From the NCBI GenBank assembly GCA_965651925.1, contig CBFGUK010000001.1, positions 3,396 through 67,395 of the forward strand: a stretch of 64,000 bases of DNA. The letters run 5' to 3'. Within the stretch, counting starts at the first letter, position 1. Each line of letters begins with the position of its first letter. The notes beneath the pieces were generated by a model. That model saw only the letters and a program-made list of their open reading frames with translations. It was not told where the DNA came from and searched no databases. The translations under genes and the position numbers were made by a program. Below, one piece after another: positions 9,210-19,474 of the stretch. This DNA comes from an uncultured bacterium. Its GTDB lineage: Bacteria; Desulfobacterota; Binatia; HRBIN30; CADEER01.

Positions 9210-9380
9210 CTAGGAGACCCCTCCCGCGGGACCACCGGACGGTACCGGTCGAATGGCGATGCGCGCCTTCTTGGCGGCCGTCGCCACCGAACCCGTGTCC
9301 GTCTGCGCGCACGCGAACCACATCGCGCCGCCGTCGGCGATTAGATGATTGGTCGTGTGCGTGAACATGATCTGCATGGG
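9210..9380 (-). CDS. Possible small ORF (55 aa) between terminator and ddl; could instead be non-coding
   Basis: MQIMFTHTTNHLIADGGAMWFACAQTDTG...; no recognisable family, weak RBS. Confidence 0.2.
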   Translation of the reverse strand, partial: PMQIMFTHTTNHLIADGGAMWFACAQTDTGSVATAAKKARIAIRPVPSGGPAGGVS

Positions 9381-9539
9381 TCCCTGGATGAATTCCGTTG
9401 TGCGAATTTCCCTACACCCGCGATCGCGTCGGGCGCAAGGCATTTTCTCTCACGGTCGTGGAAGAAGGGCTTGCGGACCGCGGCGCCCGCGCTATGGGCG
9501 CGCGCCGCCCCGCCCGCGCAACGGACGGGCGTCCGGCGC

Positions 9540-10643
9540 TCAGCCCGCCGCCGCCCGCTCGCGACGCGCCGTGCAGCGCCCGATGGCGAGCTCGAGCAGA
9601 CGGCTGACGAGCGCCGGGCCGTCGATGCCGGCGGCAGCCCACATCTTCGGGTACATGCTGATCGAGGTGAACCCGGGAATGGTGTTGAGCTCGTTGACGT
9701 ACAGCGCACCGCTGTCGCGCTCGAGAAAGAAGTCGACGCGCGCCATGCCGGTACACTCGAGCGCCGCGTAGGCGCGCACGGCGAGCGCGCGCACCTGCTC
9801 GCGCGTCGCCTCGTCGAGCTCGGCGGGGACGCGCGTCTGCGCGTGGCTGTCGGCGGCGTACTTGTCCGCGTACGAGTAGAACGCCTCGCCGGGCACGATC
9901 TCGCCGGGAACGGCGGCCTGCGGGGCATCGTTGCCGAGCACGGCGCATTCGATTTCGCGCCCGTCGATGCCGCGCTCGATCAGCACCTTGGCGTCGAGCG
10001 CCAGCGCCGCCTCGATCGCCGCATCGAGCGTGGCGGCCGCGTCGGCGGCCACGCGCGTCACGCCGAGCGACGAGCCGAGGCTTGCCGGCTTGACGAACAG
10101 CGGGAAGCCGAGCGCGTCGATCGCGGCGCGCAGCGCCTCGCGCTCGGCCCGCCAGGAATGGGCGGTGACGGTGACGTACGGGACGATCGCGATGCCGGCA
10201 TCGCGCAGCAGGCGTTTGCAGACGTCCTTGTCCATGCACACCGCCGCCGCGAGCACGCCGACGCCGACGTACGGAACGTCGAACGTATCGAGCAGCCCCT
10301 GGATCGTGCCGTCCTCGCCGTACGGGCCGTGCAGCACCGGGAAGACGACGTCGACCGCCGGCAGCTCGTCGAGCGGGTGCTCGGGATCGATGAACCCGAG
10401 CCGCCCGTCGCGCGCCAGCGGCACCACCAGGCGGCCGGCGCCGGGCGCGACCTCATCCTCGAGCGCGTCGTACGCCTCCTCGTCGAGGAGATGCCAGCCG
10501 CCGCGGCGGTCGATGCCGATCAGGACCGGAGTCTGACGCTCCCGGTCGAGCGATTCGACGACGAAGCGCGACGAACGAATCGAGATCGGGTGTTCACCCG
10601 AGCGGCCGCCGAACAGGATCCCCACGCGGTCAACCGACGTCAT
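9540..10643 (-). CDS. ddl: D-alanine--D-alanine ligase
   Basis: RVGILFGGRSGEHPISIRSS... ATP-grasp Ddl hallmarks including GEDGTIQGLL and C-terminal NELNTIPGFT. Confidence 0.9.
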   Translation of the reverse strand: MTSVDRVGILFGGRSGEHPISIRSSRFVVESLDRERQTPVLIGIDRRGGWHLLDEEAYDALEDEVAPGAGRLVVPLARDGRLGFIDPEHPLDELPAVDVVFPVLHGPYGEDGTIQGLLDTFDVPYVGVGVLAAAVCMDKDVCKRLLRDAGIAIVPYVTVTAHSWRAEREALRAAIDALGFPLFVKPASLGSSLGVTRVAADAAATLDAAIEAALALDAKVLIERGIDGREIECAVLGNDAPQAAVPGEIVPGEAFYSYADKYAADSHAQTRVPAELDEATREQVRALAVRAYAALECTGMARVDFFLERDSGALYVNELNTIPGFTSISMYPKMWAAAGIDGPALVSRLLELAIGRCTARRERAAAG

Positions 10644-10674
10644 GTGCCGCCGGTTCTAGCGCCGGGGCAGCGGC

Positions 10675-10874
10675 GTGACCAGTGACCGCGTCGCGCAACG
10701 ATCCGGGAGCTGAACCGCCTTCCGGACATGGCGCTGTAGGCGGTCCTGGTTTCCGGGGCGCGAGAACGAACGGCCGGGCAAAGCCCAGCTGCCGTGACCA
10801 GTGACGAACCGAACGCTGCGGTGAAATGAGCGGAGACGACCGGTGACGGGTCACTGGTTACCAGTCACCGGTCA
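10675..10874. repeat. Composite intergenic element D: GTGACCA-type heptamer units at 10675-10688 and 10794-10807, and an inverted (CYGGTCA)x5 array at 10840-10874
   Basis: Heptamer units read directly; left and right arrays are reverse complements; lies between the ddl start and the stop of the small secreted-protein gene. Confidence 0.7.
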
Positions 10875-10882
10875 CCGCCAAC

Positions 10883-11167
10883 TCACATGTGCTCGCCCAT
10901 GCGATCGTAGGTGCCTTCCTCGCCGATCGGCTCGTAGCCGAAGATCTCGTCGAGGCCGGGGCGGGACACAATGTAGTGCAGCGGGCGCATCACCAGCCAT
11001 TCGACGGTGTAGCCCACCGGATGGATCAGGTAGTACGCGAGGCGAAGCGGGTGGCTGAACGCGTCCTCGTACTGTTCCTCGTCCGGGTAGCGATCGGCGG
11101 CGCCGGCCGTGCCGGTCCCGAGCGCAAGCATCGCCGTCATCATCGCAATCGCCAGCAGTCGCTTCAT
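10883..11167 (-). CDS. Small secreted hypothetical protein (94 aa, signal peptide)
   Basis: MKRLLAIAMMTAMLALGTGTAGAADRYPDEEQYED...; GGAG RBS; the upstream part of the 221-aa ORF is Arg-rich artefact. Confidence 0.5.
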   Translation of the reverse strand: MKRLLAIAMMTAMLALGTGTAGAADRYPDEEQYEDAFSHPLRLAYYLIHPVGYTVEWLVMRPLHYIVSRPGLDEIFGYEPIGEEGTYDRMGEHM

Positions 11168-11232
11168 CGAAGAGCTCCTTCCGCGTCGGCAGCGTAGCGG
11201 GCACCGGTGCCCCCGGCAACCGCGAACTGTAC

Positions 11233-12036
11233 TCAAAATTTGCCGTCGGGCTGACGATAGCCGATCAGGCTGACCTGACGGCCCGCCTGGCCGCCGCTGG
11301 CGCGATGCGAGAAGTACGCCCCGGCGGCACAGCGCGTACACGGACCGACGCTGGCGATCGCCTCGCCGCGGGCGCCGGCGGCGACGAGGATGGCGCGGTT
11401 CGCGGCGCGCAGATCGAGCTGCCCAAGGCGCCCGGCGGGCTGCCAGGCATCGGGCAACGCCCCCCAGCGGTCGGTCAGGCGCGCCCCGATCTCCGCTTCG
11501 ACCTCGTAGCAGCAGCCGCCGATCGAGGGGCCGAGCGCGAGCTGCCACGCCTCAAGCGGAATGCCGAGTGCCGTGCGGGCCTCCGTCAGGGCTGCTGCGG
11601 CGATGCCGGCGAGCGTTCCGCGCCAGCCGGCGTGCACGGCAAGCACGGCCCCGTGTGCCGGTGCCACGCCGAGCAGCGGCACGCAGTCGGCGGTCAGGAC
11701 AGCGAGCCCGACGCCATGGCTGGCGGCGAGCATCGCGTCCGCCTCGCCGACCGGCTCGTCCGGCGCCGAGACGTGCACGACGCGCGCGCCATGCACCTGG
11801 TGCATGCGCACGATGCGCAGCCCCGGCGCGGCGCGCGCCACGCGGCGCCAGTTCGCATCAACCGCCGCCGGCTCGTCGCCGACCGCCGCCGAGACGTTGA
11901 GCGACGCAAACGGCCCGGTGCTGTGGCCGCCGTGGCGACCGAAAAAGCCGTGCGTCAGGCCCGCGATGTCCGCCCAGGCCTCGACCCGCACGGCGGGCGG
12001 CGGGGTGGCATCGGGGACGCCCGGGACGGCAGCCAT
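11233..12036 (-). CDS. pgeF: Peptidoglycan editing factor PgeF / YfiH (polyphenol oxidase-like purine nucleoside phosphorylase family)
   Basis: GLTHGFFGRHGG...ADCVPLLG...HAGWRG motifs of the YfiH/DUF152 family. Confidence 0.8.
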   Translation of the reverse strand: MAAVPGVPDATPPPAVRVEAWADIAGLTHGFFGRHGGHSTGPFASLNVSAAVGDEPAAVDANWRRVARAAPGLRIVRMHQVHGARVVHVSAPDEPVGEADAMLAASHGVGLAVLTADCVPLLGVAPAHGAVLAVHAGWRGTLAGIAAAALTEARTALGIPLEAWQLALGPSIGGCCYEVEAEIGARLTDRWGALPDAWQPAGRLGQLDLRAANRAILVAAGARGEAIASVGPCTRCAAGAYFSHRASGGQAGRQVSLIGYRQPDGKF

Positions 12037-12039
12037 CGC

Positions 12040-12252
12040 TCAGCGCAATTCGCGCTTCACCAGCACCTGACCGTCGAGCGGCTCGCCCTTCGGCCCGGTG
12101 CGTCGTCCGCCGCGCTTCCCGAGTGTCGCCAGCGTGTCCGGGTTCACCCACGGCACGCCGTAGACACACGGCTTCGCCTGCCCGTCCTCGTCGATCGCCT
12201 CCTGGCTCGGAAACTCCGCGCGCGAGAAGTTGCTGACCAGTCGCTTGCCCAT
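12040..12252 (-). CDS. Hypothetical small protein (70 aa); start uncertain (alternative ATG at 12384)
   Basis: MGKRLVSNFSRAEFPSQEAIDEDGQAKPCVYGVPWVNPDTL...; stop is 4 nt from the pgeF start; no family recognised. Confidence 0.3.
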   Translation of the reverse strand: MGKRLVSNFSRAEFPSQEAIDEDGQAKPCVYGVPWVNPDTLATLGKRGGRRTGPKGEPLDGQVLVKRELR

Positions 12253-12506
12253 AACAGCCGACCGATATCGGAAGCGATGCGCGGAGCCAATGCCCCCCGG
12301 AGTCGCCGCTCGCTGCTCGAGCGCTCGTGGAATCAACACCGCCAGGGCGCCCGGGACGCCAAGTCCGGAATGAGTCGTTCCCATGGCGTCCTGGCGGTTC
12401 AACTTCGGATTGTTGCTGGGCGTACGGAAGCCCGCCCGCTCCGGTCGCAACCAGGCCGCGTTGAATCGCCCATGGGCGGTTGGTAGACGAACCGTTCGGC
12501 GCGCGG

Positions 12507-15344
12507 ATGGAATACAAGCACACTCTGAACCTGCCGCAGACGGACTTTCCGATGCGCGGCAACCTCCCGGCACGCGAACCCGAGATCCTGCAGCGGTGGC
12601 GCGACGGACGGCTCTACCAGCGGCTGCTCGACCAGACCGCCGGCGGCGAGCGCTACGTGCTGCACGACGGTCCGCCGTACGCGAACGGCAACGTGCACCT
12701 CGGCACGGCGCTGAACAAGATCATCAAGGACATCATCGTCAAGCATCAGCTCATGTGCGGACGGCACGCGCCGTACGTGCCGGGGTGGGACTGCCACGGC
12801 ATGCCGATCGAGCATCAGGTGCTGCGCGATCTCGGCGCCCAGGCGCGCGCCCTGCCCCGCCTCGAGATCCGCCGGCGCTGCCGCGCGTTCGCCGAGAAGT
12901 TCGTCGGCGTGCAGCGCGAACAGTTCCAGCGCCTCGGCGTGCTCGGCGACTGGGAACACCCGTACCTGACGATGACGCCGGAGTACGAGGCGGCGATCGT
13001 CCGCGTGTTCCGCCGCCTCGTCGAGCGCGGCTTCATCTACCGCGGCCTGCGCCCGGTGCACTGGTGCGCGGTGTGTTCGACGGCGCTCGCCGAGGCGGAG
13101 GTCGAGTACACCGACCACGTCTCGCCCTCGATCTACGTACGTTTTCCGTTCACCGGCACGGCCGACGACGCCGCCGCGCTCGCGCGTCGCCCGGACGATG
13201 CGGCGCGCCTTCGCGACGCGGCCGCGGCGGGCCGGCTGTCGGTGGTGATCTGGACCACGACGCCGTGGACGCTGCCGGCGAATCTCGCAGTCTGCTTCAA
13301 CCCGGCGCTCGACTACGTCGCGCTCGATCTCGGCGACGAGACGGTGATCGTCGCTGCGCGCCTCGCCGAGGCGTTCCTCGCCGCCACCGGCCTCGCCGCG
13401 CAGGAAGGGCGGCGCATGCCGATCGACGTCCTGCCGCTCGACGGGCGCGACGTGTTCCGCCATCCCCTGTTCGACCGTGCCTCGCGTGCCGTGTTCGAGT
13501 CGCACGTCACCGCCGACACCGGCACGGGCTGCGTGCACACCGCACCCGGCCACGGCTACGAGGACTTCCAGGTCGGGCAGAAGTACGGCCTGCCGACGCT
13601 GACGCCGGTCGATGCGCACGGCCGCTTCACCGACGAGGCCGGCCCGTACGCCGGCGGCAAGGTGTTCGAGAGCAATGCGCGCATCGTCGACGACCTGCGC
13701 GCCGCCGGCCGCCTCGTGCACGGCGAGTCGCACGCGCATGCGTACCCGCACTGCTGGCGCTGCAAGAACCCGCTGATCTTCCGCGCCACCGAGCAGTGGT
13801 TCCTGCGCGTCGATCACGCCGGCCTGCGCGAGACCGCGCGCGCCGAGATCGACACCGTGCGCTGGGTGCCGCAGTGGGGCCATGACCGCATCAGCAACAT
13901 GATGCAGACGCGCCCCGACTGGTGCCTGTCGCGCCAGCGCGCCTGGGGCGTGCCGATTCCCGCCTTCGCCTGCGACGGCTGCGGCGCGTTCCACGCCGAC
14001 CCGGCCGTGATCGCGCACGTCGAGGCGATCTTCCGCGAACGCGGCGCCGATGCCTGGTACGAGCTGGCGCCGCGCGAGCTGCTGCCGGCCGGCTACCGCT
14101 GTGCGTGTGGCAGCGAGGCGTTCACGCCCGACGACAACATCCTCGACGTCTGGTTCGATTCCGGCTGCTCGCACGACGCGGTGCTGCACGAGCGCGGGCT
14201 CGGCTGGCCCGCCGATTTGTACGTCGAGGCGGTCGACCAGCACCGCGGCTGGTTCCAGGTCTCGCTGATCACCGCGGTGGCGACCGCCGGCAAGGCGCCG
14301 TACCGCGGCGTGCTGACGCACGGCCTCATCCTCGACCAGCACGCGAAGAAGATGTCGAAGTCGCTCGGCAACGTCATCGCACCCGAGGAGATCATCGCGA
14401 AGCACGGCGCCGACATCCTGCGCCTGCTGTTCGCCTCGGTCGACTTCACCGCCGACACCTGTTTCTCGCAGAACCTCGTCACGCCGCTGCTCGAGAGCTA
14501 CCGCAAGATCCGCAACACCTGCCGCTTCCTGCTCGGCAACCTCGCCGGCTTCGATCCGGCGCGCGACACCGTGCCGGTCGACGCGCTGCCGGAGCTCGAC
14601 CGCTGGATCCTGCATCGCGGCCAGCAGCTGCTCGCGCGCGCCCGCGGCGCCTACGACGAGTTCACGTTCCACCACGTCGTGCAGGGGCTGGTGAACTTCT
14701 GCGCCGTCGACCTCAGCGCGCTCTATCTCGACATCGTCAAGGACCGCCTCTACACCTCGGCGCCCGACGCCCACGGTCGGCGCGCGGCGCAGACGACGCT
14801 CTGGCACCTGCTCGACCTGCTCGTCCGCACGATGGCGCCGATCCTGTCGTACACGGCCGACGAGATCTGGACCTACGTGCCCGGGCGGCAGGCGGCGTCG
14901 GTGTTCGAGGCCGGGCTGCCGGCAGTCGATCCGGCGCTGGTCGACGACGCGCTCGCGGCGCGCTGGGAACAGATCCTCGCCGCCCGCGCCGTGGTCACGA
15001 AGGCCCTCGAGGAGGCGCGCAAGAGCGGCGCGATCGGCCATTCGCTCGATGCGCGCGTGCAGCTCGTCGCCGGTCCCGCGCTGCGGCCGATTCTCGACAG
15101 CCTGCGCGACACGCTGCCGGCACTGTTCATCGTCTCACAGGTCGAGCTCGCCGAGACGCTCGCCGACAGCCCGCACCACGCGCGCTCGGACGATCTCGCG
15201 GTCGCCGTGATGCCGGCGCGCGGCGCGAAGTGCGGCCGCTGCTGGAACTTCAGCGAGGCGGTCGGGCGCGATGCCGGGCACCCGGAGCTCTGCGAGCGCT
15301 GCCTGCCGGTGGTCCAGGCGCTGCCGGCGCAGGCGCATCCGTGA
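12507..15344 (+). CDS. ileS: Isoleucine--tRNA ligase
   Basis: MEYKHTLNLPQTDFPMRGNL N-terminus, PPYANGNVHLG (HIGH) and KMSKSLGN motifs; C-terminal zinc-binding CxxC pairs. Confidence 0.95.
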   Translation: MEYKHTLNLPQTDFPMRGNLPAREPEILQRWRDGRLYQRLLDQTAGGERYVLHDGPPYANGNVHLGTALNKIIKDIIVKHQLMCGRHAPYVPGWDCHGMPIEHQVLRDLGAQARALPRLEIRRRCRAFAEKFVGVQREQFQRLGVLGDWEHPYLTMTPEYEAAIVRVFRRLVERGFIYRGLRPVHWCAVCSTALAEAEVEYTDHVSPSIYVRFPFTGTADDAAALARRPDDAARLRDAAAAGRLSVVIWTTTPWTLPANLAVCFNPALDYVALDLGDETVIVAARLAEAFLAATGLAAQEGRRMPIDVLPLDGRDVFRHPLFDRASRAVFESHVTADTGTGCVHTAPGHGYEDFQVGQKYGLPTLTPVDAHGRFTDEAGPYAGGKVFESNARIVDDLRAAGRLVHGESHAHAYPHCWRCKNPLIFRATEQWFLRVDHAGLRETARAEIDTVRWVPQWGHDRISNMMQTRPDWCLSRQRAWGVPIPAFACDGCGAFHADPAVIAHVEAIFRERGADAWYELAPRELLPAGYRCACGSEAFTPDDNILDVWFDSGCSHDAVLHERGLGWPADLYVEAVDQHRGWFQVSLITAVATAGKAPYRGVLTHGLILDQHAKKMSKSLGNVIAPEEIIAKHGADILRLLFASVDFTADTCFSQNLVTPLLESYRKIRNTCRFLLGNLAGFDPARDTVPVDALPELDRWILHRGQQLLARARGAYDEFTFHHVVQGLVNFCAVDLSALYLDIVKDRLYTSAPDAHGRRAAQTTLWHLLDLLVRTMAPILSYTADEIWTYVPGRQAASVFEAGLPAVDPALVDDALAARWEQILAARAVVTKALEEARKSGAIGHSLDARVQLVAGPALRPILDSLRDTLPALFIVSQVELAETLADSPHHARSDDLAVAVMPARGAKCGRCWNFSEAVGRDAGHPELCERCLPVVQALPAQAHP

Positions 15345-15850
15345 CGAAGTCCGCGTTCGTCGCGCTGGTCGCCGGCAGCGTGGTCGTCGTCGACCAGCTC
15401 ACCAAGGCGCTGATCCGGGCGGAGCTCGCGTTGCACGACGGCTTCGCGGTCGTGCCCGGCTTCTTCTCGATCATCCACGCCGCGAACCGCGGCGCCGCCT
15501 TCAGCCTGTTCGCGGATGCGCACGACGGCGTGCGGCTGCCGTTCTTCTTCATCGCCGCCGCGGTGGCGATCGGCTTCCTGGTCTACTTCATCCGCCAGGT
15601 CGCCCCGTCGCAGCGCTGGCTGCTGTTCGCGCTCGCCGGCGTGCTCGGCGGTGCGATCGGCAATCTCGTCGACCGGGTGCTGTTCGGTGCCGTCACCGAC
15701 TTCCTCCTCCTCCATTACCGCGGCTGGGCGTGGCCGGCGTTCAACGTCGCCGACACGTTCATCACCATCGGCGTGATCATTCTGATCGCGCACTCGCTGT
15801 TCGGCGACGACCCCTCGCCGGCCGCGCGCACCAGCGCCGAACACGGCTGA
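15341..15850 (+). CDS. lspA: Lipoprotein signal peptidase II
   Basis: GTG start overlapping ileS stop (GTGA); NRGAAFS and FNVAD motifs, four TM helices. Confidence 0.85.
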   Translation: MTKSAFVALVAGSVVVVDQLTKALIRAELALHDGFAVVPGFFSIIHAANRGAAFSLFADAHDGVRLPFFFIAAAVAIGFLVYFIRQVAPSQRWLLFALAGVLGGAIGNLVDRVLFGAVTDFLLLHYRGWAWPAFNVADTFITIGVIILIAHSLFGDDPSPAARTSAEHG

Positions 15851-15893
15851 GCGGCGCTCGCCTCGTCGCGCCGCGCGGGCTAACACGTCGCGC

Positions 15894-16799
15894 ATGCACG
15901 CGCGACGGTGGTGGGTCGGCCTGACGGCCGCGTGCCTCGTCCTGGCGGGCACCGCCGGGGCCCAGGACGACACCCTCGACGTGCGCGTCAACTACGTCTA
16001 CGCGGCGCAGTTCGGCTTCGGCGCGTACGAGCTCGGCGGCCTGCGCGTCAACGTCTACACGCTGCCCATCCCGTACACGTGGGAGGACGTCTACCGCGAC
16101 TGGGACCTGCATCTGCGCGTGCCGATCGTCTACGGCCGCTATCGGTTCGCGACGCACTTCGAGCAGGATGGCGTACCGGTCGCCGTCCGCGCGAACACCA
16201 ACAGCATCGCCACCGCGCCGCGCCTGCAGCTCGACATCCCGCTGCTCGTCGAGGGGCTGCGCATCTCGCCGCTCGGCTCGTGGGGCGTCGGCACGACCTT
16301 CGACAGCGGCGGACACGTGCGCGTCGGCGACCAGCGCATCCCGGTCGACGACAGCGAGAGCTGGTTCTACACCTGGCAGCTCGGGCTCTCGACGCTCTAC
16401 CAGCGGCACTGGCGCGCGTGGACCGGCAACCTCGGCTCGGCGCTCATCTGGGCCGGCGACGATGCCTTCGACGACAGCGGCGACATCGAGAGTTACGGCA
16501 CCTGGCGGGTGGGCGTCGAGGCGCGCCATCCGCTCGGCTTCACGATCGTCGGCCGCGTGCCGGACGCGGGGGCGCACGTCATCTACGATCGCTTCTTTCC
16601 GAGCCTCGAGTTCAGCCGCGCGCGCCGCCGCGCGCTCGAGGTCACCGATCTCGTCGAAATCGGCCTGACCTTCGGCGCCGCCTCGCCGCTCGAGCTGCCG
16701 TGGCTCGGCGACCTGCTCGACGACCTGCAGCTCGGCGCCGCCTACCAGACCGGCGACGGCCTCGACGCGTGGAAGCTCAGCACCGGCTTTCCGTTCTGA
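15894..16799 (+). CDS. Hypothetical outer-membrane beta-barrel protein (signal peptide, C-terminal Phe)
   Basis: MHARRWWVGLTAACLVLAGTAGAQDD signal; alternating hydrophobic beta pattern; ends ...LSTGFPF. Confidence 0.55.
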   Translation: MHARRWWVGLTAACLVLAGTAGAQDDTLDVRVNYVYAAQFGFGAYELGGLRVNVYTLPIPYTWEDVYRDWDLHLRVPIVYGRYRFATHFEQDGVPVAVRANTNSIATAPRLQLDIPLLVEGLRISPLGSWGVGTTFDSGGHVRVGDQRIPVDDSESWFYTWQLGLSTLYQRHWRAWTGNLGSALIWAGDDAFDDSGDIESYGTWRVGVEARHPLGFTIVGRVPDAGAHVIYDRFFPSLEFSRARRRALEVTDLVEIGLTFGAASPLELPWLGDLLDDLQLGAAYQTGDGLDAWKLSTGFPF

Positions 16800-16856
16800 C
16801 GTGAACCGCGACGAGCGCGGACGGGGCGGCGGTTCGGAAGGGGGCACAAAACACGA

Positions 16857-16886
16857 ACGGCCGGCGCGGGAATCCGCGCCGGCCGT
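16857..16886. terminator. Bidirectional terminator hairpin between convergent OMP gene and glnA (CGGCCGGCGCGG-gaat-CCGCGCCGGCCG)
   Basis: 12-bp perfect GC stem seen directly between two convergent stops; a second small hairpin follows (GATCCCGCgaGCGGGATC). Confidence 0.6.
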
Positions 16887-16909
16887 CGTGCTCGATCCCG
16901 CGAGCGGGA

Positions 16910-18322
16910 TCAGGCGTCGTAGTAGAGGAAGAACTCGTACGGATGCGGACGCAGGCGCAGCGCGTTGACCTCGTTCGCCATCTTGTACTCGATCCAGGTC
17001 TCGATGACGTCCTCGGTGAAGACGTCGCCCTTGAGCAGGAACGCGTGGTCGTTCTTGAGGTTCAGCAGCGCCTGCTCGAGCGAGGCCGGCATGCCGGCGA
17101 CGTCCTTCAGCTCCTCCGGCGTCAGCGAGTAGATGTCCTTGTCGAGCGGATCGCCCGCCGCGAGGCGGTTCTCGATGCCGTCGAGGCCGGCCATCAGCAT
17201 CGCCGCGAACGCCATGTAGCCGTTGCTGGTCGGGTCGGGGAAGCGCACCTCGATGCGCTTCGCCTTGGGGCTCGGCGAGTACATCGGGATGCGGATCGCC
17301 GCCGAGCGGTTGCGGCTCGAGTAGGCGAGATTCACCGGCGCCTCGAAGCCCGGCACGAGGCGGCGGTAGCTGTTGTTCGTCGGGTTCGTGAACGCCGCCA
17401 GCGCCGGCGCGTGCTTGAGGATGCCGGCGATGTAGTGCATCGCGAGCTCGCTCATCCCGGCGTAGCCGCTGCCGGCGAACAGCGGCTTCTCGCCTTTCCA
17501 GATCGACTGGTGGACGTGCATACCGCTGCCGTTGTCGCCGTAGATCGGCTTCGGCATGAACGTCGCGGTCTTGCCCCATTTCCGGGCGACGTTCTTGACG
17601 ATGTATTTGTACCACATCAGGTTGTCGGCCATCTTGAGCAGCGGCGCGAAGCGCATGTCGATCTCCGCCTGGCCCGCCGTCGCGACCTCGTGGTGCTGCT
17701 TCTCCACGATGATACCGACCTGCTCCATCACCATGCACATCTCCTGACGGATGTCCTGCTGCGAATCCGTCGGCGGCACGGGGAAGTAGCCTTCCTTGTG
17801 GCGCGGCTTGTAGCCGAGGTTCGGCCCCTCCTCGCGCCCGGTGTTCCAGATGCCCTCGTTCGAGTTCAGGAAGTAGTAGCCGCTGTGCGAGTTCTGGTCG
17901 AAGCGGATGTCCTCGAGGATGAAGAACTCCGGCTCCGGCCCGAAGTAGGCGACGTCGCCGACGCCGCTGGCGCGCAGGTGCTGCTCCGCCTTCTTCGCGA
18001 TGTGGCGCGGGTCGCGCGAGTACTCTTCCTTGGTGATCGGGTCGATCACGTTGCCGATCAGGCTGAGCGTCGGCGCGGCAGTGAACGGGTCCATCACCGC
18101 GGTGGTGGGATCGGGCACGATGAGCATGTCCGACGCGTTGATCGGCTGCCAGCCGCGGATCGATGAGCCGTCGAAGCCGCTGCCCTCTTCGAACAGTCCT
18201 TCACTCAGCTCGCTCATCGGAATCGTGAAGTGCTGCCAGGTGCCGAGGAAGTCGAGGAACTTCAGATCGACACAGGCGGCCTTCTTCTCCTTGGCGAACG
18301 CGATCACCTCTTTCGGCGTCAT
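16910..18322 (-). CDS. glnA: Glutamine synthetase type I
   Basis: 470 aa with canonical GSI motifs ([35 protein letters not shown]) and adenylylation-loop Tyr region. Confidence 0.95.
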   Translation of the reverse strand: MTPKEVIAFAKEKKAACVDLKFLDFLGTWQHFTIPMSELSEGLFEEGSGFDGSSIRGWQPINASDMLIVPDPTTAVMDPFTAAPTLSLIGNVIDPITKEEYSRDPRHIAKKAEQHLRASGVGDVAYFGPEPEFFILEDIRFDQNSHSGYYFLNSNEGIWNTGREEGPNLGYKPRHKEGYFPVPPTDSQQDIRQEMCMVMEQVGIIVEKQHHEVATAGQAEIDMRFAPLLKMADNLMWYKYIVKNVARKWGKTATFMPKPIYGDNGSGMHVHQSIWKGEKPLFAGSGYAGMSELAMHYIAGILKHAPALAAFTNPTNNSYRRLVPGFEAPVNLAYSSRNRSAAIRIPMYSPSPKAKRIEVRFPDPTSNGYMAFAAMLMAGLDGIENRLAAGDPLDKDIYSLTPEELKDVAGMPASLEQALLNLKNDHAFLLKGDVFTEDVIETWIEYKMANEVNALRLRPHPYEFFLYYDA

Positions 18323-18404
18323 TGTGGCACTACCTCCTTGCGTTGTTGCGGTGCTCCCGTGCCCCGGGAGCGCGGCGGTTGAGAGATGAAAATGGAGCAG
18401 CGGA

Positions 18405-18908
<504 letters not shown>

Positions 18909-19228
18909 TCACGCGGCACTTCGGTCCATACCGACGCGCCACACTCCCGCGTCCGCACTCGTTTCGCCTTCCCGACCGGTCGGTAATGACCGGCATCACT
19001 TCTTCTGATGCTGATTTTTTCGCAAACGGACGGATGCTGTCCGTCTCCGGCTCGGTGTTGAAGCAACGGGCATGCCCGATGCGAGTTGCTGGTGGACATG
19101 GCGGTCGCGTGATCGGCTGGCTGTCGCCAGCTGCCTGCAAACTGGGCAGTGCCCATGGAGTGAGCACCTGGCGGGACGCTTTGGGCGGCGATCAGCCGCG
19201 GAGGGGTGAGGGCGAAGGAGGAATCGCA

Positions 19229-19345
19229 ATGGGCCGAGGGAACACTCGACTTCGTGTCCTCGTCACCTCGGTGGCCGATCCAGTTGAAGAACCGCCGGCG
19301 CGCACGGACGGACACAAAGAGCGTCGCCGCAGTTGGCAAGGCTGA
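19229..19345 (+). CDS. Possible small ORF (38 aa) with near-perfect SD (GAAGGAGGAATCGCAATG); may be non-coding
   Basis: MGRGNTRLRVLVTSVADPVEEPPARTDGHKERRRSWQG; overlaps a partial copy of the conserved hairpin right arm (ctcgacttcgtgtcctcg, 19246-19263). Confidence 0.2.
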   Translation: MGRGNTRLRVLVTSVADPVEEPPARTDGHKERRRSWQG

Positions 19346-19381
19346 GGGGTTGTGTTAGGCACCGGCACTTCCGGCACGGCA

Positions 19382-19458
19382 GTTCACAACGGGGTGTAGC
19401 TCAGACTGGTAGAGCGCACGGTTCGGGACCGTGAGGTCGCTGGTTCAAGTCCAGTCAC
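19382..19458 (+). tRNA. tRNA-Pro (anticodon CGG)
   Basis: Cloverleaf folded by hand: acceptor CGGGGTG/CACCCCG, D-arm GCTC...GAGC, anticodon stem CACGG/CCGTG with loop TTCGGGA, T-arm GCTGG-TTCAAGT-CCAGT, discriminator A plus encoded CCA. Confidence 0.85.
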
Positions 19459-19474
19459 CCCGACCATTTCTTCC

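Noticed and set aside
10630-10854. 74-aa ORF on the minus strand inside element D
   Set aside because: Lies entirely within the repeat element, has no RBS and overlaps the ddl start; considered a chance ORF.
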